Positions 26,947 through 37,138 are shown, numbered from the stretch's first letter. The stretch is 64,000 nt of DNA from Solirubrobacterales bacterium (GCA_038330095.1 JBBQNQ010000001.1:13755-77754); one strand, 5' to 3'. Notes: a model not told the origin generated them from the letters alone. Program-made: numbers and translations.

Positions 26947-28504
26947 ATGGTCCTGCTCGCCGCGGCGTACTTGGCGGCGAGCCCGAAGACCGCGGATCTC
27001 GCTGCGAGTGAGTACCGGACCCATCTCCTCGCCACCGAGGGGTGGGCACTCATAAACCTCCAGTGGTACGGCGGGCACAACGTCCCGGGCTACTCCGTAG
27101 CGGTACCGGCGCTGGCTTCACTCATCGGGCCACGCGTCCTCGCGACCATCGCCGGAGCGCTGTCGGTGCTGCTCGTCGGTGTGGTGGTGAGCCCCCACAC
27201 GACAGCGCGCGCCCGGCTCGCGGTGATGCTGGCGTTCCTGCCCTCGGTGGCTGCCGGTGTCGTGATCGGCCGGGTCACCTTCACGGTCGGATGCGCCGTG
27301 GGCTTGGCTGCGCTGGCGGCAGCGGACCGCAGACGTGCTGTCCTTGCCAGTGCCTTGTCGGTGTCGACGGTGCTCTGCAGCCCCGTCGCGGGCTTGTTCC
27401 TTTGTGTCGCCTCCGCCGCCGCCGTGATCGGCGGCCGACCCGACGATCGACGGCGGTGGAGCGTTCTGGCCGGGACGACGCTCCTGGTGAGCGTGCTGCT
27501 CAACGTCCTGATCTTCCCCGAGGGAGGTGCGCAGCCGGATCCCGCCTCGTCCTTCCTGCCCGTGGCCGCAGTGGGGCTTGGCGTCGTGCTCGTAGCGCCT
27601 GTCGGGCGACGCTCGGTGCGCATCGGCTGGCCTCCTTGCGCTCGCGCTTCTAGTGGCGTCCTACGCGATCCCCTCTCCGATGGGATCCAATGCCGACAGG
27701 CTCGTCGTCAGCTTCGGACCCGCGGCCCTGGTCGCCGCATGGTCCTCCCTTCCAGCGGGGGTCAGAGGTCGATCCCTCCCCATCACCTCGGCGCTCGTCC
27801 TCGTCCTCGGCGCACTGCTGTTCCACGAGGTCCGACCGGCCGTCGACGCCGTTGCCAACTCAGTGGACGACCGATCGACCCAGCGCTCCTATTACGACCC
27901 CTTGCTCCGGTTCCTTGCGCGTTCCGCCGGACCCGGGGATCGGATCGAGATTCCCTTGACCCTCAACCACTGGGAGACGGCGTACGTGGCGCCGTCGTTC
28001 GCGCTTGCCCGAGGTTGGGAGAGGCAGCTCGACGTCAAGTACAACGGGCTGTTCTACGACGGCCGTGGTCTGACCGCACGCCGGTACGAGCGCTGGTTGC
28101 GCCGGTCCGGGGTGCGCTGGATCGCGCTGCCGAGCTCCACCCTGGACAGCTCTGCGCGCCAGGAGCCTCGCATACTGCGATCCTCGCCCTCGTATATCCG
28201 ACGCGCCTTCGCCTCTAGGGACTGGACGATCTGGGAGTACCCTCGCGGAAGGACGGTCCAAGGTCCCGCACGTATCACGGCCGCCGACGCCGACGCGGTC
28301 GACCTCACGGCCACCCGAAACGGCAGCGTCCTGCTGCGCATCCACTACACGCCCTACCTGAGGCTGGTGGCCGGCGCAGGGTGCATCGGTCCAAGCCGCC
28401 TTGGCTGGACCCGCCTTACGGTGAAGCGGCCGGGCCGTCTCACGCTTGACTCGGGCTTCTCAGTCCGACAGTTCCTGTCGGACGACCCGATCTGCCGCAA
28501 CTAG
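26947..28504 (+). pseudogene. large polytopic membrane protein with C-terminal extracytoplasmic domain, interrupted by a +1 frameshift (GT-C-like, family uncertain)
   Basis: The N-part runs in the frame of ORF 26635..28218 and the C-part in ORF 27653..28504. The second frame opens at 27596, and hydrophobic helices continue across the junction (27596-27630). Confidence 0.55.
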
Positions 28505-28560
28505 AGCCGGCTCATGGCAGCTTTATGTGGCGTTTCGCCGGCGTCGTGACCCTTTCGGCC

Positions 28561-29580
28561 ATGGGGTCCAGGTTGACTCGGGCTGCCGCTCTGGTAGGCG
28601 TCGGCTGCGCGTGCGCGTGGCTCGGCTGCGGGGGCGGAAGCGGTGTTCGCCAGGCGCGGAGCGGCGCCGGCGATCGGGCGGCGCGCCCTCCGGCCCCGGC
28701 ACGTCGATCGGCGCGTCCGCCGCGCCTCGTGGCCGACCGGCGGCCGCTCAGCCGGCTTCCGGTGGCCGTGCAGGGCGCCGCCTCGGTGCTCAGTGGCGGC
28801 CGCATCGTGGTCATGGGCGGGCTTACCGCGAATGGGACATCCAGCCAGGACGTAGTGGCCGTTCCTCCCGCCGGTGGACGCGCGCGCATCGTCGGTTCGC
28901 TGCCTCGTCCTGCGCATGACGCCGCCGCCATCGCACTCGGCCCCCGGGTGATCCTCCTCGGTGGAGGGCCGGTGGAGGGCACCGATCAGATCGTCCGTGT
29001 CCTGCCGGGCCCGGCTGCACAGGCAGGATCGCTGCGCCGGCCGCTGTCGGACGGCGTCGGAGTGACCGTCGGCGGGGCGGGCTACCTCGCCGGGGGATGG
29101 GATTCGACCGTCCTCGATCCGAGGATCTACCGGGTGGCGCCGAACGCCACGGCAAGGCCGATCGGCCGGCTCCCGGTCGGAATCCGCTATCCGGCGGCCG
29201 CCGCGATCGGCGGACGCATCGTGATTGCCGGAGGCGAGACGGCGGCCGGTGTCGCCAGCGCGGATGTGTGGTCGTTCGACCCTCGGACCAGGAAGGTTGT
29301 GGCCGGGCCTCGGCTCCCGACCGCGATCGATCACGCCGCCGGCGCGGCGCTGGGTGGACGCTTCTACGTGATCGGCGGGCTGAGGGGCGGTGCGCCGTGG
29401 TCGGGCGTGCTCTCGTGGGCGCCCGGTGAGCAGCGCTTCAGCCGCGCCGGGCGGCTTCCGCGCGCGCTGGCCGACGCGTCGGCTGTCCCGGCTGGAGCGG
29501 GGATCGTGCTCGTCGGGGGCCGGACCGGTGGCGGCCGGGTCGGGGATGTATGGCTCCTTCGCGCCAGGGCCCGGAGATGA
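28561..29580 (+). CDS. Kelch-repeat beta-propeller lipoprotein
   Basis: Lipobox AWLGCGG. Repeated units with GGRIVVMGG / RVILLGGG / GYLAGGW / RIVIAGGE / RFYVIGGL / GIVLVGGR. Confidence 0.75.
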   Translation: MGSRLTRAAALVGVGCACAWLGCGGGSGVRQARSGAGDRAARPPAPARRSARPPRLVADRRPLSRLPVAVQGAASVLSGGRIVVMGGLTANGTSSQDVVAVPPAGGRARIVGSLPRPAHDAAAIALGPRVILLGGGPVEGTDQIVRVLPGPAAQAGSLRRPLSDGVGVTVGGAGYLAGGWDSTVLDPRIYRVAPNATARPIGRLPVGIRYPAAAAIGGRIVIAGGETAAGVASADVWSFDPRTRKVVAGPRLPTAIDHAAGAALGGRFYVIGGLRGGAPWSGVLSWAPGEQRFSRAGRLPRALADASAVPAGAGIVLVGGRTGGGRVGDVWLLRARARR

Positions 29581-29661
29581 AGGCGAGGGCAGCCTCCTAC
29601 CGCTCCTCTGGGATGATCCATTGGCATCGGGGCCCCAGCTCAGTCCACCAGAGGAGGCCGC

Positions 29662-30105
29662 ATGGCCGGTCGGTTCGAGGCGAATGTTGTGATCGACCGT
29701 CCGATCGAGGAGGTGTTTGCCTTTCTCGCGGACGGTGAAAACGATCCGAAGTTCAGCCCGAGGGTCCTGGAAATGGCCAAGACGACCGACGGGCCGCCCG
29801 GCGTCGGCACCGTCTACGCAAGCACGGTCAAGGACGCCGGGATGAAGACCAAGCGGGAGTTCAAGCTCACCGAGTTCGAGCCGCCCGAGCGAATTCGCTG
29901 GGCGGAGGTCTCCAAGAACCTCGTCACGGCCCCCGAGGGTGGCTACGACCTCGCTCGGGAGGGGAGCGGGACCCGACTCACGGTCTACAACGTGCTCGAG
30001 GGACACGGTCCGGGCAAGCTGATCGCCCCGCTCGCCCTGCGCTCCGCCCGCAAGGGTGCGGACGACTTCGCGAACGCGATCAAGACGGCCGTAGAGGGGT
30101 CCTGA
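29662..30105 (+). CDS. SRPBCC (polyketide cyclase/dehydrase-like) family protein
   Basis: 147 aa. VIDRPIEEVFAFLAD...RIRW pattern. Confidence 0.75.
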   Translation: MAGRFEANVVIDRPIEEVFAFLADGENDPKFSPRVLEMAKTTDGPPGVGTVYASTVKDAGMKTKREFKLTEFEPPERIRWAEVSKNLVTAPEGGYDLAREGSGTRLTVYNVLEGHGPGKLIAPLALRSARKGADDFANAIKTAVEGS

Positions 30106-30113
30106 GGCAGGGC

Positions 30114-31004
30114 ATGCACTCGAGTGAGCTGGCGGGCACCGTCGGGGCGTTGTGGCGATTTCCGGTGAAGTCGATGTTGGGCGAGCAGCTCGACGCGGTC
30201 GATTTGGGTGAGGGCGGAATCGTCGGTGACCGCACGTATGCGCTTCGAGATCGGGAAACGGGCAAGGTCGCGAGCGCGAAGCACCCCAAGCTGTGGCCCG
30301 ACCTGCTCGCGTGCCGGGCCGCCTTCGTCGAGGCGCTGCGCCCGGGCGACGAGCTGCCGCCGGTGCGAATCGAGCTCGCCGACGGAACTTCGGTGCTGAG
30401 CGACGCTGCGGATGTCGACGCCGTGCTGTCGCGGTTCTTTGGCCGCGATGTGGAGCTGGCCCACGCCGCGCACAATGGCTACACGATCGATCAGTACCAC
30501 CCTGACGAGGATGACTTCGACCCTGAGGGACACCGCGACGAGATCACTGAAACGCAGCTCGGTGCGGCGTTCTTCAACGAGCGGGGGCTTCCCTCGGCTG
30601 TCCCCGAAGGCTCGTTCTTTGACCTCTTCCCGCTCAGCGTCCTGACCACGTCAAGCCTGGACCAGCTGGCCGAGCTCGAACCACAGAGCCGGTTCGACGC
30701 GCGGCGGTTTCGCATGAACGTGATCGTGGACAGCCCCGCGCGTGGCTTCGTCGAGAACGATTGGCTCGGGCGCACGCTCTCGATCGGCGACGACGCACAG
30801 ATCGCCGTGGCCCTGCCGGATCCCCGCTGCGTCATGCCAAGCCTTGCCCAGCAGGACCTCCCCAGAGATCCCCAGATCCTCAAGGCCCTCGCCCGGCACA
30901 ACAGAATCGACGTCGCAGGCGCGCTCTACCCCTGCGCCGGCGTCTACGCCATCGCCCAATCGACAGGCACGGTCCGCAAAGACGACGCCGTCAACCTGAT
31001 CTGA
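30114..31004 (+). CDS. MOSC domain protein (N-terminal beta-barrel + MOSC)
   Basis: LWRFPVKSMLGE...GIVGDRTYAL ... RFRMNVIV ... PDPRCVMP motifs. Confidence 0.8.
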   Translation: MHSSELAGTVGALWRFPVKSMLGEQLDAVDLGEGGIVGDRTYALRDRETGKVASAKHPKLWPDLLACRAAFVEALRPGDELPPVRIELADGTSVLSDAADVDAVLSRFFGRDVELAHAAHNGYTIDQYHPDEDDFDPEGHRDEITETQLGAAFFNERGLPSAVPEGSFFDLFPLSVLTTSSLDQLAELEPQSRFDARRFRMNVIVDSPARGFVENDWLGRTLSIGDDAQIAVALPDPRCVMPSLAQQDLPRDPQILKALARHNRIDVAGALYPCAGVYAIAQSTGTVRKDDAVNLI

Positions 31005-31029
31005 GCTCGCCGGCCGTCATTGACCGCGT

Positions 31030-31190
31030 TTGACGGCCTCCGAGTGGAGGGACCTGTTCGTAGCGACCGCAGGGGCTTCCGCGGCGCTTGCCGGCATGCT
31101 GTTCGTCGCGGTCTCGATCAACGTCGAGCGCATCCTGAACTTCGCCGGCCTTCCGGAGCAAGCGCTGGCGGTAGTCCTGCTCGCGTCACG
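31030..31190 (+). pseudogene. 5' remnant of a small multi-TM membrane protein gene
   Basis: TASEWRDLFVATAGASAALAGMLFVAVSINVERILNFAGLPEQALAVVLL looks like the first ~55 aa of a small membrane protein. The remainder is replaced by the 3' end of the convergent gene. Confidence 0.3.
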
Positions 31191-31225
31191 CCGGTTCCTG
31201 AACTGGCCCATGTCGCCTAGGGCGA

Positions 31226-31623
31226 CTATGCCGGCAGCCCGCCGGCTTCCAGGGCCTCCGACCACTCGACGAAGTACTCGAGCCGGACCATCCTCCCGTC
31301 GCGGAAGGTCCGAGCTGGTGATACAGCTGCCCTTCGACCACTACCCCGCTTCCCTTGCCCCGTGAGTAGTAGCGAAGCCGGGTCGCCACGTGGTCACCAC
31401 CAACGACGAACTCCTGCGGATCGAGCCTCAACTCCTTGAAGGTGTCGTCGAGGTTTGCCCAGAAGCGCCTGATCTCGTCCGGGCCCCTGCAGGAGTCCGA
31501 GCTCTGGCGCGCAGGAAGCACCCACTCGATCTCGGGATCAAAGTTCTCGACGGCAGCGTCGAAGTCACGCCGGTTGTAGGCCGCGATGTAGTCCCGGGCC
31601 TTGGCGAGGTTCTCCTGCGACAT
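31226..31623 (-). pseudogene. SnoaL/NTF2-like protein with a 1-nt frameshift near the 3' end
   Basis: The N-part reads MSQENLAKARDYIAAYNRRDFDAAVENF...GQLYHQL. Shifting frame at about 31305-31312 gives FRDGRMVRLEYFVEWSEALEAAGLPA-stop (stop at 31226). The track frame gives low-complexity junk. Confidence 0.6.
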
Positions 31624-31643
31624 CGGTCAGGAGTACGCGCGAG

Positions 31644-32042
31644 TCAGTCCGCCGGCCACCAGCCCGGCTCGCTCTCGCCGTCGCCCTCCTCGGGTCGCGG
31701 ACCGCCGATCGCGATCAATTCGATCCCCTCCTCGCCGGCCTCGATCGCGCGCATGACCTCGGGGGCGACGCGCACGACATCCCAGCGGCGCAGGTCGATG
31801 ATGTCGTCGTCGAGCTTCATCCGGCCCGATCCGGCGACGACGACGTATGCCTCCTCCTGCTCACGGTGGTAGTGGCCGAAGGGGGGCCGAAAGCCCGGGG
31901 CGTAGCTGAAGAAGCTCACCCCGAGGTGCTTGGAGTACAGCGCGGACCTGCCGAGGCGCGCCTCGACGCTTCCGGCAGCCGGGCTTCCCTCAGAGGCGTC
32001 GCGGATGTCCTCGCGCAGGTTCTTGTGGGTGAAGCCAGGCAT
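31644..32042 (-). CDS. cupin domain protein
   Basis: FGHYHREQEEAYVVVAGSGRMKLDD cupin motifs. ATG at 32042. Confidence 0.75.
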   Translation of the reverse strand: MPGFTHKNLREDIRDASEGSPAAGSVEARLGRSALYSKHLGVSFFSYAPGFRPPFGHYHREQEEAYVVVAGSGRMKLDDDIIDLRRWDVVRVAPEVMRAIEAGEEGIELIAIGGPRPEEGDGESEPGWWPAD

Positions 32043-32090
32043 CGCCGCCCACTCTAGCCCGGCACACGAGGGTACGCTTCCTTCCTCGCC

Positions 32091-32918
32091 ATGCAAGACC
32101 CCGGACCAAGCCTCCCGCCCGATTCGCGTGGTGAGGGGCCCGGCCGCGATCGCCTCGTAGGCCGTCGGATCCTCGTCGTAGGCGGCGGCCAGCAGACGCA
32201 CGGGCTCGAGGACCCGCCGATCGGAAACGGGCGCGCCATGTCCGTTCTGTTCGCCCGCGAGGGGGCGGCCGTCGCGGTAGCGGACCTCGACGCAGAGTCG
32301 GCACAGGCGACCGTCGAGCTCGCCGAGCACGAAGGCGGCCGGGTGCTCGCCCTACAGGCCGACGCCGCCGACGAGGACGCCGTGCGCCGGATGTTCGAGC
32401 AGGCGGGCGAAGGCCTTGGCGGGCTCGACGGGGTGGTCCTGAACGTCGGCGTCGGCGCCGGCTTCGGCCTGGCTGGCACCAGCGTCGAGGACTGGGATCG
32501 CGTGCTCGCGGTCAACCTGCGCGCGCACTTCCTCGGCTGCAAGCAGGCGCTCGGCACGCTCGGCGACGGCGGGGCAGTCGTGCTGGTGGGCTCCCTGGCC
32601 GGGCTGGAGTACATCCCGATCCCCGCCTACGGCGCCTCCAAGGCAGCGCTCGAGAGCCTCACGCGGTCGGCGGCCGTCGAGGGCGCGCCACGGGTGCGCG
32701 TGAACCTCCTGGTCCCGGGCCTGATCGACACCTCGCTCGGACGGCTCGCCACCAAGCTGGCGCCGGACCGAGCCAAGGTGCACATCCCGCTGCGGCGTCA
32801 GGGCACGGCGTGGGAGGTCGCCCACGCCGCCCTCTATCTGCTCTCGCACGAGGCCGCATACGTCACCGGAACGTCGCTCGTGGTCGACGGCGGGCTCTCG
32901 CAGGCGCCGCGCCGGTAG
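32091..32918 (+). CDS. short-chain dehydrogenase/reductase
   Basis: VVGGG...IGNG cofactor region, YGASKAAL catalytic motif, C-terminal YVTGTSLVVDGG. Confidence 0.8.
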   Translation: MQDPGPSLPPDSRGEGPGRDRLVGRRILVVGGGQQTHGLEDPPIGNGRAMSVLFAREGAAVAVADLDAESAQATVELAEHEGGRVLALQADAADEDAVRRMFEQAGEGLGGLDGVVLNVGVGAGFGLAGTSVEDWDRVLAVNLRAHFLGCKQALGTLGDGGAVVLVGSLAGLEYIPIPAYGASKAALESLTRSAAVEGAPRVRVNLLVPGLIDTSLGRLATKLAPDRAKVHIPLRRQGTAWEVAHAALYLLSHEAAYVTGTSLVVDGGLSQAPRR

Positions 32919-32919
32919 C

Positions 32920-33768
32920 TCAGTACCCGGGCGGATTCGCTGACTCGACGAACAGGTCGACCCCGAGCTCGGCGTCGGCATCCGCGGCGCTGTACTTGGT
33001 CAGGTCGGTGACGCCCGCCTCGACGAGCACGTCCTCGCACAGGAACGCGTTGCCGGTGGACTCGCGACTGGGCCGGGTGAGAACCTCGTAGGCGGCGTCG
33101 GCGTAGACGGCGGGCGTCCGCGCCCGGCGCATCGCCTCGTCGCCGCCGAGCAGGTTCTGGACGGCAGCGGTGGCCACGAGCGTGCGCGGCCACAGCGCGT
33201 TGGACGCGATGCCCGCCTCGCGGAGCTCCTCCGCCAGCCCGAGCGCGACGAGCGTCATGCCGTACTTCGCGATCGTGTACGCGGTGTGCGGCGCGAGCCA
33301 CCGCGGCTCGAGCGAGATCGGCGGGGAGAGCGTGAGGATGTGCGGGTTGGTCCCGTTCCGGAGATGGGGTACGCACGCCTTCGACACGACGAAGGCCCCG
33401 CGCGTGTTGATGTCCTGCATGAGGTCGTAGCGCTTCATCTCGATCGCCTCGACGCCCTGCAGGTTGATCGCGCTCGCGTTGTTCACGCAGATGTCGATCC
33501 CGCCGAAGCGCTCGACGGCCTGGGCCGCCGCCTCGTTCACCGCGCCTTCGTCCCGGATGTCGCCGACGATCGGGAGCGCCTTCCCACCGGCCCGCTCGAT
33601 CTCCTCGGCGGCCGTGTACACGGTCCCCTCGAGCTTGGGGTGCGGCTCGGCCGTCTTTGCGATCAGGGCGACGTTCGCGCCGTCGCGGGCCGCGCGCAGC
33701 GCGATCGCAAGGCCGATCCCCCGGCTCGCGCCGGAGATGAACATGGTCCTGTCGCGAAGGTCGGTCAT
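32920..33768 (-). CDS. SDR family oxidoreductase (HSDL2-like subgroup)
   Basis: ISGASRGIG, NNASA and YTIAKYG motifs. Confidence 0.85.
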   Translation of the reverse strand: MTDLRDRTMFISGASRGIGLAIALRAARDGANVALIAKTAEPHPKLEGTVYTAAEEIERAGGKALPIVGDIRDEGAVNEAAAQAVERFGGIDICVNNASAINLQGVEAIEMKRYDLMQDINTRGAFVVSKACVPHLRNGTNPHILTLSPPISLEPRWLAPHTAYTIAKYGMTLVALGLAEELREAGIASNALWPRTLVATAAVQNLLGGDEAMRRARTPAVYADAAYEVLTRPSRESTGNAFLCEDVLVEAGVTDLTKYSAADADAELGVDLFVESANPPGY

Positions 33769-33793
33769 GAGCAGAACCTACCTGCGCGTGCCC

Positions 33794-34464
33794 TCAGCCA
33801 GCGTGCTCGTACTGATCGTGCAGGTGCCACCATTGGTAGGGCGGGGTCTGGGGGTAGCCCTCCGGCGAGTCCTCCCACTCCTCCTCGCGTCCGAGCGCCG
33901 TGATGTCGAGGTAGCTCCAGGTGCTGCCCATCGCCTCGTCGCCGCGGTTGTTGACGAAGTAGGTGCGAAAGACGCGGTCGCCCTCGCGCAGGAAGGCGTT
34001 GGTGCCATGCCACTGGTCGACGCCGAAGTCCGCGTCGAAGTCGTCGGTGAGGGTGAACCACGGGATCTCCCATCCCATCCGCGCCTTCCAGCGCTGGATG
34101 TCCGCCAGGGGCGCGCGCGACACGAACGCGAGCGTGGTGTCGCGGGCGTTGAGGTGGGCGAGGTGGGCGACCTGGTCGGCGAGGAACGAGCAGCCGACGC
34201 ACCCGCGCTCGGGCCACCCGGCGACGCCCGGCTCGAAGAAGAAGCGGTAGACGATCAGCTGCCGCCGGCCGGCGAACAGGTCGAGCAGGTCGCCTTGCCG
34301 TCGGGCCCCTCGAACTCGTACTCCTTCTCCACGGCCACCATCGGCATGCGCCGCCGCTTCGCCGCCAGGGCGTCACGGGCGCGGGTCAGCTTCTTCTCCT
34401 CGACCAGCAGCTCCTCGTGCGCAGCATCCCACTCCTGGGGGGAAACGATCGGTGGTGTGTTCAT
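33794..34464 (-). pseudogene. DUF899 thioredoxin-like protein with a 1-nt frameshift
   Basis: The N-part (MNTPPIVSPQEWDAAHEELLVEEKKLTRARDALAAKRRRMPMV...YEFEGPDGKA) and C-part (LLDLFAGRRQLIVYRFFFEPG...CVGCSF...YQWWHLHDQY) are in different frames. The switch is at about 34286-34292, in a C/G run. Total length is 3n-1. Confidence 0.7.
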
Positions 34465-34600
34465 CTCGGCCTGTCCTCCTTCAGCTACTGGATGGCGCCG
34501 GCGCGTGCAGGTCTTGATCATTTTCCGCTATGACCGCCGGAGGGCCCCGAAATCATCGCTCGAACGACCTGTCGTCGCTGGCGCAATAGGCTTCGCCGCC

Positions 34601-35572
34601 GTGGGAGTTGGTTGCTTCGTCCTGGCGGGCCGCTCGCTCGACCGCGCCGTCGCGCGCGTCAAGCTCGCCGAGGAGCTCGGCTACGAGGCCGTCTACCTGA
34701 CCCACGTCGCGGGGCACGAGCCGTTCATCGTCCTGACGGCATACGCGCTCGCGACGCAGCGCATTCGCCTGGGCACGGGCGTCACCCCGATCTACACGCG
34801 GACGCCGGCGAACATGGCCCAGACCGCTGCGACGGTCGACGAGCTCAGCGCCGGGCGGCTCAACCTGGGGATCGGCGTCTCGCACCGGCCGGTGGTCGAG
34901 GGCTGGTACGGGCAAACGATCGACAAGCCGGTCCGCGAGATGCGCGAGTACGTCGCGATCGTGCGAGCGATCCTGACCGGCGAGGACCCGCCGGCGGGCG
35001 AGAAGTGGCGCACCGGCTTTCGCCTGGCTGGGCTCGAGCCCCGGCCCGAGCTGCCGATCTACGTCGCGGCGCTCTCCCCGGCCATGCTGCGGGCCGCGGG
35101 TGAGATCGCCGACGGCGTCGTGCTGTGGCTGTGCAATCCCGAGTACATCGAGCGCGTCGTCGTCCCCGAGGTGACGCGCGGGCGCGAGCGCGCGCAGCGG
35201 CGGCTCGAGGGCTTCGACATCGTCGCCGCGGTGCCCTCGGCGGCTACCGAGGACGTCGACTCCGCCTACAGCATGATGCGCCGCGAGCTGCTGACCTACT
35301 TCGGCCTGCCGTTCTACCGGGCGATGCTCGAGCGTTCGGGCTACGAGGACGACATCGCCGCATTCGATCAGGCGGCCGGCAGCGGCGATGCCGACGTGAT
35401 GCAGGCGGCGATCTCCGAACGCTTCCTGCGCGCGCTGACCGCGGTCGGGGACGAGGCGGCGGTGCGCGAGGGCATCGAGCGCTACCGAGCCGCCGGCACG
35501 ACGTCGCCGTGTGTCGGGGGCATCCCGAAGACGGACTACGAGGCCACGCTTCGCGCTGCCGCGCCACGGTGA
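34601..35572 (+). CDS. LLM-class (luciferase-like) F420/flavin-dependent oxidoreductase
   Basis: AEELGYEAVYLTH...RLNLGIGVSH...LPIYVAAL pattern. GTG at 34601 chosen. Confidence 0.8.
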   Translation: MGVGCFVLAGRSLDRAVARVKLAEELGYEAVYLTHVAGHEPFIVLTAYALATQRIRLGTGVTPIYTRTPANMAQTAATVDELSAGRLNLGIGVSHRPVVEGWYGQTIDKPVREMREYVAIVRAILTGEDPPAGEKWRTGFRLAGLEPRPELPIYVAALSPAMLRAAGEIADGVVLWLCNPEYIERVVVPEVTRGRERAQRRLEGFDIVAAVPSAATEDVDSAYSMMRRELLTYFGLPFYRAMLERSGYEDDIAAFDQAAGSGDADVMQAAISERFLRALTAVGDEAAVREGIERYRAAGTTSPCVGGIPKTDYEATLRAAAPR

Positions 35573-35643
35573 GGCGCGCTCTCGTCCCTGCTCGTTGCGC
35601 TTGTCCTGGTTGAGGACGGAACCTGACCTAAATCGCGAATAGG

Positions 35644-36546
35644 TTGAGCGCACCCGAGAGTCAGCGACCGAGAGGAGCAGCCGTGCCCGAGCGAGACGAA
35701 TACATCCCCGGCGTCCCCTGCTGGGTGGACACGAGCCAGCCCGATCCCGAGGCTGCCGTCGCCTTCTACCGCGACCTCTTCGGCTGGGAGCTCGAGGACG
35801 TGATGCCGCCGGGATCGGAGGCCAAGTACTTCATCGCCAAGATTCGAGGCGGCGACGTCGCCGCGGTCGGATCGATCCCCGAGCAGGCGCCGCCTGCGGC
35901 GACATGGAACACCTACATCTCGGTCGAGAGCGCGGACGCGACGGCGTCGAAGGTCCGCGATGCCGGCGGCAGCGTCGTGATGGACCCGTTCGACGTCATG
36001 AACGCCGGGCGGATGGCGGTGTTCACCGATCCCGAGGGAGCGTTGTTCTGCGCATGGGAGGCGAAAGCGCAGAAGGGCGCGCAGATCGTCAACGAGCACG
36101 GCAGCCTGAACTTCAACGTCCTCAACACGCGCGACGCCGTACAGCGAAAGCGTTTTTACGGCTCGGTGTTCGGCTGGACGACACTCGACCTGGGGGGTGG
36201 CGCCCAGATGTGGTCGCTTCCCGGCTACGGCGACCACCTCGAGCGCGACAATCCCGGCCTCCGCAAGGGTATGGCGGAGATGGGTGCCCCAAAGGGCTTC
36301 GAGGACGTTGTCGCGTCGATCTTGCCGATTCCGGACGACCAGCCGGACGTGCCCGCGCACTGGGGGGTGACGTTCGGCGTCGACGACGCGGATGCCGTCG
36401 CTGACAACGCGTCCAAGCTCGGCGGCAATGTGCTCGTCCCGCCGCTAGATGGTCCGTGGGTCCGGATGACGGTCATCGCCGACCCACAAGGCGCGACGTT
36501 CACGGCGAGCAAGTTCGTCCCCGAGAACCGCGACCTCGCCGCCTAG
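35644..36546 (+). CDS. VOC (glyoxalase/bleomycin-resistance) family protein, two-module
   Basis: PCWVDTS...FYRDLFGWE...AVFTDPEGALF, repeated in the second half (FYGSVFGWT...VIADPQGATF). The start could be GTG at 35683. Confidence 0.75.
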   Translation: MSAPESQRPRGAAVPERDEYIPGVPCWVDTSQPDPEAAVAFYRDLFGWELEDVMPPGSEAKYFIAKIRGGDVAAVGSIPEQAPPAATWNTYISVESADATASKVRDAGGSVVMDPFDVMNAGRMAVFTDPEGALFCAWEAKAQKGAQIVNEHGSLNFNVLNTRDAVQRKRFYGSVFGWTTLDLGGGAQMWSLPGYGDHLERDNPGLRKGMAEMGAPKGFEDVVASILPIPDDQPDVPAHWGVTFGVDDADAVADNASKLGGNVLVPPLDGPWVRMTVIADPQGATFTASKFVPENRDLAA

Positions 36547-36609
36547 GCCGAAGCCGAGGACCGAGTCGGGGCCGACGACGTCGAGCCTGAAGCCGGAGAA
36601 GCTTCCGGT

Positions 36610-36632
36610 GCGCCGTACCGAGGTTACGGCGC
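36610..36632. terminator. hairpin between convergent VOC genes
   Basis: GCGCCGTA-ccgaggt-TACGGCGC, a perfect 8-bp stem. No clear U-tract. Confidence 0.3.
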
Positions 36633-36730
36633 AAAGCGTCGTGCCGATTTAGGCGCCGACGCGGGTCCCGCCCGGCAGCTGGCGGCCGTCGGGGCCGAAC
36701 ACCTCACCGGCGAACCGCGCGCGGGGCGAG

Positions 36731-37138
36731 CTAGCCGCGGGCAGATATCTGCTGCACGGCCCACGCATTGCCGTCCGGATCGCTGAAGAAGACGAACCCG
36801 ACGTTGTCGAGCGCGTGCGGCTGCGGACTGGGATTCTCGCCCATGACCTGGATTTCGCTGACCTCCACCCCTCGCTCTGCGAGCTGAGCACGTGCCACCT
36901 GGAGGTCGGAGACGACCAGCTGCAAGCCCTTGAGCGAGCCCGGTGGCATGTCCGGGACGATCCCCTCACCCACGACGATCGAGCAGCCCGACCCGGGAGG
37001 GGTGAGCTGAACGATCCGATTCCCCTCGCTGACCTGGGTGTCGTGATCCACGCTGAACCCGAGCCGCTCGGCGTAGAAGGCCTTAGAACGGTCCACGTCC
37101 GAGACCGGAACCACCACCACTTCCAGCGTCCAGTTCAT
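36731..37138 (-). CDS. VOC/glyoxalase family protein
   Basis: 135 aa. VPVSDVDRSKAFYAERLGF ... FFSDPDGNAWAVQ. Confidence 0.8.
   Translation of the reverse strand: MNWTLEVVVVPVSDVDRSKAFYAERLGFSVDHDTQVSEGNRIVQLTPPGSGCSIVVGEGIVPDMPPGSLKGLQLVVSDLQVARAQLAERGVEVSEIQVMGENPSPQPHALDNVGFVFFSDPDGNAWAVQQISARG

Noticed and set aside
28525-28560. Upstream GTG start for the Kelch lipoprotein.
   Set aside because: ATG at 28561 gives a standard lipoprotein signal peptide (MGSRLTRAAALVGVGCACAWLGC). The upstream extension adds non-signal residues.
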